A stretch of 64,000 nucleotides of DNA from an uncultured bacterium (GTDB taxonomy: Bacteria; Fidelibacterota; Marinisomatia; Marinisomatales; UBA1611), in the NCBI GenBank assembly GCA_943788175.1, contig CALSPG010000005.1, positions 448,001-512,000 on the forward strand, read 5' to 3'. The number at the start of each line of letters is the position of its first letter. The first letter of the stretch is position 1. Below, in pieces: positions 58,571-64,000 of this stretch. The translations under genes and the position numbers were made by a program. The notes under the pieces are model-generated. The model was not told the DNA's origin. It made no database searches and was given only the letters and a program-made list of their open reading frames with translations.

Positions 58571-61552
58571 ATGTTTATCAATTTAAATATTCATTCAGTG
58601 TATTCAAAAATGCAGAGTACGCTTACACTTAAAGACATAATCACGCTCAGTAAATCGCAACAGAGTATTGCTTTGACGGATGTTAATACGGTCAGAGGTT
58701 TTATAAATTTTGTTCAATTTTCTCAATCAAATAAAGTTGCACCGATTGCTGGTGTTAACCTCATAACAAGTATGGACGAGGTTGTTATCCTTGTTGAGAA
58801 TGATATCGGATATGAAAACATGTGCCGGGCAATAACTAATTACTACGTAAACCCCATTTGTTCAGTTGTTGATATAATAAAAGAAAATTCAAAAGGAATA
58901 TTTGTTCTAGCTTACCAATCATCCTTGATTGAACGCTTAAAAAATATAATACCGGAGGATCGTCTTTTTATTGAACTGAGGCCAGGTGTCGAAGAGTCAT
59001 TTGCGAGAAAGTTATCTAAAAAACACAAACTTGAAATAATTGCAACGGGCGATGTTTATTATGAAACACCTCTAGATCATCTTTCGCATAAAACATTAAG
59101 AGCGATTGATCTTAACAGTACTTTAAATCGTTTGAATGGCTGCGATTATAAAAGTAAGGAGCATTGGTTTAGGAAAGAAACGGACATGTTTGATCTTTTT
59201 CCAAATAGCCTGGAGGCAATAAATAATAGTTATTATCTAGCAAAAAGATGTAAAAATAAATGGTCATTTATTAATACTATTTTCCCAGGACTATCATTGA
59301 AAGATACTTTTCAAGCAAATAAAAAATTGAAAGAATATGCTTATCAAGGAGCGGCAATACGTTATGAAAAGATAACAAATGATTTGATTAATCGCATTGA
59401 GTCTGAATTAAGATTAATTACTCAAAAGGGCTTTGCTCCTTATTTTTTGATTGTGAATGATATTGTTTCTCAAACTAAATCAACTATTGGAAGAGGTTCT
59501 GCCGCAGCCTCGGTTGTTAGTTACTGTTTATTTATTACACAGGTAGATCCTATGAAGTATAACTTGTCATTTGATCGTTTTATTCATCCAGAAAGAATTG
59601 ATATGCCAGATATCGACATAGATTTCCCCTGGGATGAGCGAGATAGGATTATTGACTATGTTTTTAAGAAATATGGAAATGAACGTACTGCAATGGTTTC
59701 GAATCAGGTTTTTTTAAAACCAAGGTCTACAATTCGCGAGGTTGGGAAAGTTCATGGTCTTTCAAATGAGCAAATTAAAAGTGTTACAAAACGAATAAAG
59801 TCATTCAGTTCTAATAAAAAAATAATAAAAAAAGTTAAGAATAATGCTGTCTTGGATATTGATGATAACATGAAGAATGTTCTGCAAATTAGTGAGAGCC
59901 TATTAGGTGTGTTCAGACATTCTTCTGTCCATCCAGGAGGTGTTGTGATTGTTCCGGATGAAATATGTAAGTATGTCCCTGTTTTGAAAGCGCCAAAGGG
60001 AATACAAATTGTAGAGTGGGAAAAAGATCAAATCGAAGATTCAGGCTTACTTAAAATTGATCTTCTTGGTAATCGTAGTTTAGCAGTTGTACGAGATACA
60101 ATAAAACGAATTAATCTCCAATCGAGTACAGATAAAATCCCCTATATTAATTATCATAAGATACAGCCTCTAGAAGATTCCAAAACGAGAGAGATTATGA
60201 GAGCGGGTAAAACAATGGGCGTTTTTTATATTGAAAGCCCTGCCGTTAGGCAGTTAATGGCGAAGGCTAAAGTTGTCGATTTTGAACATATTGTTATTTT
60301 CTCATCAATCATTCGCCCCGCAGCTAATCGTTTCACGAATTTAATGTTAGATAGAATACATGGACAAAAGTGGAGTTTAGTTCATCCGGATTTAATTTGT
60401 TTAAATGAGACATATGGTATTATGGTTTATGAAGAACAAGTATCTATGGTCGTTATGATAATGACTGGATTGGGTTATGCAGAAGCAAATAAGTTAAGAA
60501 AAGTAATCTCTCGTAACTCTGATGAGCATAAAATAAATAATTGGAAAAACACATTTTTTAAAAACGCATTCAAACGAGGTTACAAACCTGATACAATTGA
60601 TCAAACCTGGCAAATGATATCTTCTTTTAAAGGTTTTTCATTTTGCAAACCTCATTCCGCTTCTTATGCAATGCTTGCTTTTACCTGTGCATATCTTAAA
60701 ACGCATTTTACTGCAGAGTTCATTTCCTCAGTAATATCAAATCAGGGTGGTTATTATTCTTCATATGCCTACATGAGTGAGGCAAAACGTTTTGGGGTAG
60801 CGATACACACACCAGATATCAATGACAGTAAATACGAATGGATAGGAGAGAATAATCAGATTTTAATGGGTTTCATGAGTATCAAGCGCTTAAAAAAAAA
60901 TACAGTGAAAGTAATATTAGAAAATAGAAAGTCTGGAAACTTTTTATCTTTAGAGGACTTTTTATTTAGAGTGAAAATTGATTTATCCGATGCAATGGCG
61001 TTAACAAATGCGCAATGTTTTAAAAAATTATGTCACGATAAAAGTCATAGGCAAATTGCATATATAGTTGCTGAGTTTCATCTTAACGGTAAAGATAACA
61101 ACGAGCCTTTGAACCGTGCTCCTATTATAGAAGTACTCACAAAATATGAAATATATAGGCTGGAAATTGGTTCCTTCGGTTATCCTGTCAGTCTCCATCC
61201 CTTAGAACCATATCGTTCTTTTGTGAGTAAGCGGATTGGTCTTGCTAAAGATATACCAAAAAAGTTAGGTCAATATATCTATCTCTTAGGAGTTTACGTT
61301 ACGCGTAAAGAAACACAAACGAATCAAAATGAACCAATGCAGTTTTTAACCTTAGAAGACGAAACAGATACGTATGAGTGTATTTTGTTTCCGAAAGTGT
61401 TTGCTGAGTTTGGTGATATTATGAATTGGGAAACATTATTTATTATTTATGGAAAAGTGGAGGCCTCTTTTGGAGTATACAATATTAATGTTGATAAAAT
61501 GGTTAGTTTAAGAGAATGGGTAAAAAAGACTAAGTCAGTTAGTTTTGCATGA
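58571..61552 (+). CDS. dnaE2: DNA polymerase III alpha paralogue, error-prone DnaE2-like
   Basis: PHP N-terminus, GRGSAAAS, PDIDIDF, KIDLLG, FCKPHS, OB fold; about 990 aa; in an operon with lexA and imuB. Confidence 0.85.
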   Translation: MFINLNIHSVYSKMQSTLTLKDIITLSKSQQSIALTDVNTVRGFINFVQFSQSNKVAPIAGVNLITSMDEVVILVENDIGYENMCRAITNYYVNPICSVVDIIKENSKGIFVLAYQSSLIERLKNIIPEDRLFIELRPGVEESFARKLSKKHKLEIIATGDVYYETPLDHLSHKTLRAIDLNSTLNRLNGCDYKSKEHWFRKETDMFDLFPNSLEAINNSYYLAKRCKNKWSFINTIFPGLSLKDTFQANKKLKEYAYQGAAIRYEKITNDLINRIESELRLITQKGFAPYFLIVNDIVSQTKSTIGRGSAAASVVSYCLFITQVDPMKYNLSFDRFIHPERIDMPDIDIDFPWDERDRIIDYVFKKYGNERTAMVSNQVFLKPRSTIREVGKVHGLSNEQIKSVTKRIKSFSSNKKIIKKVKNNAVLDIDDNMKNVLQISESLLGVFRHSSVHPGGVVIVPDEICKYVPVLKAPKGIQIVEWEKDQIEDSGLLKIDLLGNRSLAVVRDTIKRINLQSSTDKIPYINYHKIQPLEDSKTREIMRAGKTMGVFYIESPAVRQLMAKAKVVDFEHIVIFSSIIRPAANRFTNLMLDRIHGQKWSLVHPDLICLNETYGIMVYEEQVSMVVMIMTGLGYAEANKLRKVISRNSDEHKINNWKNTFFKNAFKRGYKPDTIDQTWQMISSFKGFSFCKPHSASYAMLAFTCAYLKTHFTAEFISSVISNQGGYYSSYAYMSEAKRFGVAIHTPDINDSKYEWIGENNQILMGFMSIKRLKKNTVKVILENRKSGNFLSLEDFLFRVKIDLSDAMALTNAQCFKKLCHDKSHRQIAYIVAEFHLNGKDNNEPLNRAPIIEVLTKYEIYRLEIGSFGYPVSLHPLEPYRSFVSKRIGLAKDIPKKLGQYIYLLGVYVTRKETQTNQNEPMQFLTLEDETDTYECILFPKVFAEFGDIMNWETLFIIYGKVEASFGVYNINVDKMVSLREWVKKTKSVSFA

Positions 61553-61949
61553 GAGAGCAGTTATCAATCCTAACCTCTTCTAAAAGGTCATCATAACCGA
61601 GACATCGCCCTTTAATAGATATCTTGTCTGCTAGCTTTAATTTAGGGTCAATAGTTTGAGCAGGATTAAAAGAGCAAACGGTATTGCCATCGAGAATAAT
61701 CATATTAGAACTTATTTCTTTAATTGTTCCATTTATTAATAAGACTTTATCTAGAAAACTTGTATTAGCACTTGACACATCAAGCTGATACTTTTGAAAA
61801 AGTTCGGTGGATTGAATTGTGTACTCAAAAGAAGCTTTAACAAAATTTTTATGCGGCTTATTGAAGCTGAAGTAGACAATAGCAAAAATTACTACGGCAG
61901 AGAAAAAAGTAAATCCGATTAATATTTTTTTATTGTTCATTATTGACAA
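61539..61949 (-). CDS. Membrane-anchored OB-fold protein (tRNA_anti-like)
   Basis: N-terminal TM; YQ..AN..FLDKVL.INGTI, IKGRCLGYD. Confidence 0.65.
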   Translation of the reverse strand: MSIMNNKKILIGFTFFSAVVIFAIVYFSFNKPHKNFVKASFEYTIQSTELFQKYQLDVSSANTSFLDKVLLINGTIKEISSNMIILDGNTVCSFNPAQTIDPKLKLADKISIKGRCLGYDDLLEEVRIDNCSLMQN

Positions 61950-62018
61950 TTATAGTCATTGTCATGTTTATTGCTTACGTTTATATGCGGACAAATTAAA
62001 TAAATAAGTAGCAAACAT

Positions 62019-62366
62019 ATGAAAATAATAATTTATTTATTCCTTCTAATCGTAATGAGCTGTGAAACTAATATTGAATCCGATTATATAATATATGATT
62101 GTGCAGAAATGGAATTATTGTATGAAGAATCAGTTGCTCCAATATTAGCCAGTCAATGTACAGCCTGTCATTCAGCTTCTAATCAAAGTGGGAACCTTGC
62201 CTTGGATAGTTTTGATGCTGCAGTGGGTGGAATTATGAGTGGTAATGTAATTAGTAGAATAAATATGGAAGTATCAAACCCTCTTTTTATGCCGCTCGGA
62301 TCGGAAAAACTATCGCGACAGAGCATTGATGCTATACAAAATTTTGCAGAACAATTATGCCAGTAA
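62019..62366 (+). CDS. Monoheme c-type cytochrome lipoprotein
   Basis: VMSC lipobox, VAPILASQCTACH, distal MP. Confidence 0.82.
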   Translation: MKIIIYLFLLIVMSCETNIESDYIIYDCAEMELLYEESVAPILASQCTACHSASNQSGNLALDSFDAAVGGIMSGNVISRINMEVSNPLFMPLGSEKLSRQSIDAIQNFAEQLCQ

Positions 62367-62377
62367 AAAGAATTAAT

Positions 62378-62914
62378 ATGAATAAGGTTTTTTTTATAAG
62401 CCTTCTGTTATCATCCCTATTTGCAAAGGATTTATATCTAACACGTTCTGGTAATATAGATTTTTTTTCTTCAACTCCTATTGAAGATATAAAAGCAATC
62501 AACAACCAGATTTCATGTGTGTTGGATAGAAACAATGGTCAATTTGCATTTCAAGTTCCGATAAAAGCTTTCACCTTTAAAAATGCTTTGATGCAGGAGC
62601 ACTTTAATGAGAGCTATCTTGAATCAGACGTGTACCCGAAAGCGGTATTTAAAGGCAAAGTATTAAGCTGGAACAATATTGAACTGTCAAAAGATTCATT
62701 AGAAGTTTTTATTGAAGGTGACTTAACAATGCATGGCCAAACGAATAAGATAAAGCAGTCTGGTGCAATGTGGCTGTCTTCTGACTTGATTAGAGGGGAA
62801 TGTGTTTTTAATGTTAATTTAGTAGATTACAATATAAAAGTGCCTAAGATTGTCAGAGAAAACATTGCTGAAATAATTAAAGTAAACGTAAGTGTAGAAC
62901 TAAAAAAGAAATGA
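62378..62914 (+). CDS. YceI-family protein
   Basis: FFSSTPIEDI, LMQEHFNESYLES..YP, GDLTMHG; ATG at 62378 gives a signal peptide. Confidence 0.88.
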   Translation: MNKVFFISLLLSSLFAKDLYLTRSGNIDFFSSTPIEDIKAINNQISCVLDRNNGQFAFQVPIKAFTFKNALMQEHFNESYLESDVYPKAVFKGKVLSWNNIELSKDSLEVFIEGDLTMHGQTNKIKQSGAMWLSSDLIRGECVFNVNLVDYNIKVPKIVRENIAEIIKVNVSVELKKK

Positions 62915-63792
62915 AGTGTATATTTTTAATTTTTTTTATTTGTCTTTCATACAGCCAAGATGACCTTTTAGATATTCTGAACGATGTAGAGGTAAATGTC
63001 GAATATGTGCAATCAGCTTTTAAAGGGACGAGGGTTGCTAATGCGCAATCATTAGAAATCCCTGCGCCAAAAGTTCTGCAATTTATGATACAACATCGTT
63101 TTGGATCGATCGAAAATGGGTTCTATGACCTTTTTGGTACTGATTATGCAGCAATACGTTATGATTTTAGTTATGGATTTAATGATGTTCTTGCTTTAGG
63201 AGCAGGGAGAAGTAGTTTTGATAAAGTATATGATATGTTTCTTAAAACAAAATTAATAAGGCAATCTAAGGGCGTTAAAAATTTCCCTATTTCGGTTATT
63301 TTATTTAATGATATCGGAATTAAGACGAACCGTAAATCTGAACAAACACCCGCACTGAAAGAAAATTTTTCGAATCGTTTGCTCTACATAAATCAATTAA
63401 TCATTGGCAGAAAATTTAATCGCAATCTTTCGTTACAGGTTTTACCAACTGTCATACATAGAAACCTTGTTTTAACACCTAATGAGAAACATCAACTAGC
63501 TTCATTTGGATTTGCGGGCAGGTATAAGATCACGAACCAGTTTTCAATCAATGCAGATTATTTCATTCCATTAGAGGATCGAGATAGTAATTATAAAAAT
63601 AGCTTTGCTGTAGGTTTTGACTATGAAACTGGAGGGCATGTTTTTCAAGTAATGCTCTCCAATGCGCAAGGCCCATATGAATATACTTTTATAGAAAAGG
63701 CTAATGGCGATCCTTCATCAGGAAAACTGTATTTAGGCTTTAATATATCTAGAGCCTTTTCTTTTAAGGGGAATGACTCAGAAACCTGGTAG
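62911..63792 (+). CDS. DUF5777-family beta-barrel protein
   Basis: AFKGTR, HRFG, ETGGHVFQ, GFNISR; ATGA overlap with yceI. Confidence 0.82.
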   Translation: MKCIFLIFFICLSYSQDDLLDILNDVEVNVEYVQSAFKGTRVANAQSLEIPAPKVLQFMIQHRFGSIENGFYDLFGTDYAAIRYDFSYGFNDVLALGAGRSSFDKVYDMFLKTKLIRQSKGVKNFPISVILFNDIGIKTNRKSEQTPALKENFSNRLLYINQLIIGRKFNRNLSLQVLPTVIHRNLVLTPNEKHQLASFGFAGRYKITNQFSINADYFIPLEDRDSNYKNSFAVGFDYETGGHVFQVMLSNAQGPYEYTFIEKANGDPSSGKLYLGFNISRAFSFKGNDSETW

Positions 63793-63793
63793 T

Positions 63794-64000
63794 CTATAAA
63801 ATGAAAGATTTATCTAATCTTAACTTTTTAGATGTTCTATTGTAACCTAATATTCTTCCTTTAATTATAACAGTTTTACCTATAATTTTTTTGAAAAGAG
63901 TAGTATCTGCGTTTTCCATTTTACAGAATGTTGTTTTATCAATAATCAAGGTATCATTTTTAAAGGTATCTACTTGGCCAGAAAATGCAACAAACTGAAA
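63794..64000 (-). CDS. 3' part of a second OB-fold protein (runs off the window)
   Basis: Own translation ...FSGQVDTFKNDTLIIDKTTFCKM...VIIKGRILGYNRTSKKLRLDKSFIL* aligns by eye with 61539-61949. Confidence 0.65.
   Translation of the reverse strand, partial: FQFVAFSGQVDTFKNDTLIIDKTTFCKMENADTTLFKKIIGKTVIIKGRILGYNRTSKKLRLDKSFIL

Noticed and set aside
1622-62535. Many 60-120 aa ORFs antisense to or nested in larger genes (e.g. 1622-1894, 3401-3715, 29535-29831, 43148-43510, 48886-49206)
   Set aside because: They lie within well-supported genes and show no motifs; they are shadow frames.
1-64000. Mobile elements, prophage, defence systems, tRNA or rRNA
   Set aside because: No integrase, transposase, phage or defence motifs recognised, and no tRNA- or rRNA-like GC-rich segments in the intergenic gaps.

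Overview
AT-rich, gene-dense bacterial window using the standard code. The gene content (many 'YPNPFNP...LLK' C-terminal sorting domains, PorV-family barrel, TonB receptors without an adjacent SusD, photolyase) suggests a marine FCB-group heterotroph such as Marinisomatota/SAR406 (inference). I found no rRNA, tRNA, CRISPR array or mobile element. Contents in order: tkt-rpiB; DASS-USP-GDH; a PerR-type peroxide locus (Prx / rubrerythrin-RFO-DUF3501); three separate operons rich in peptidoglycan-processing enzymes (dppA/DUF1460/S66; GATase-dacB-S66-spmA-spmB-APC; lysA-GH18-namZ, plus a secreted PGRP-like amidase); an inverted-domain photolyase cluster; two TonB-receptor clusters with CTD-bearing surface proteins, one with its own PorV; glpK; a LexA-ImuB-DnaE2 mutagenesis cassette; and a cytochrome c-YceI-DUF5777 module. 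Reading the DNA directly adds items missing from the ORF track: a CxxU selenoprotein with SECIS (56289-56516), a DUF2256 gene (20052-20204), a 51-aa ORF coupled to lexA, a direct-repeat operator candidate, PerR- and GntR-like boxes, and a partial OB-fold gene at the right edge. Best candidates for new biology: a peptidoglycan-scavenging pathway, a TBDR + CTD-cargo + PorV uptake module, and a variant SOS cassette. Family calls come from motif recognition only; no searches were run.
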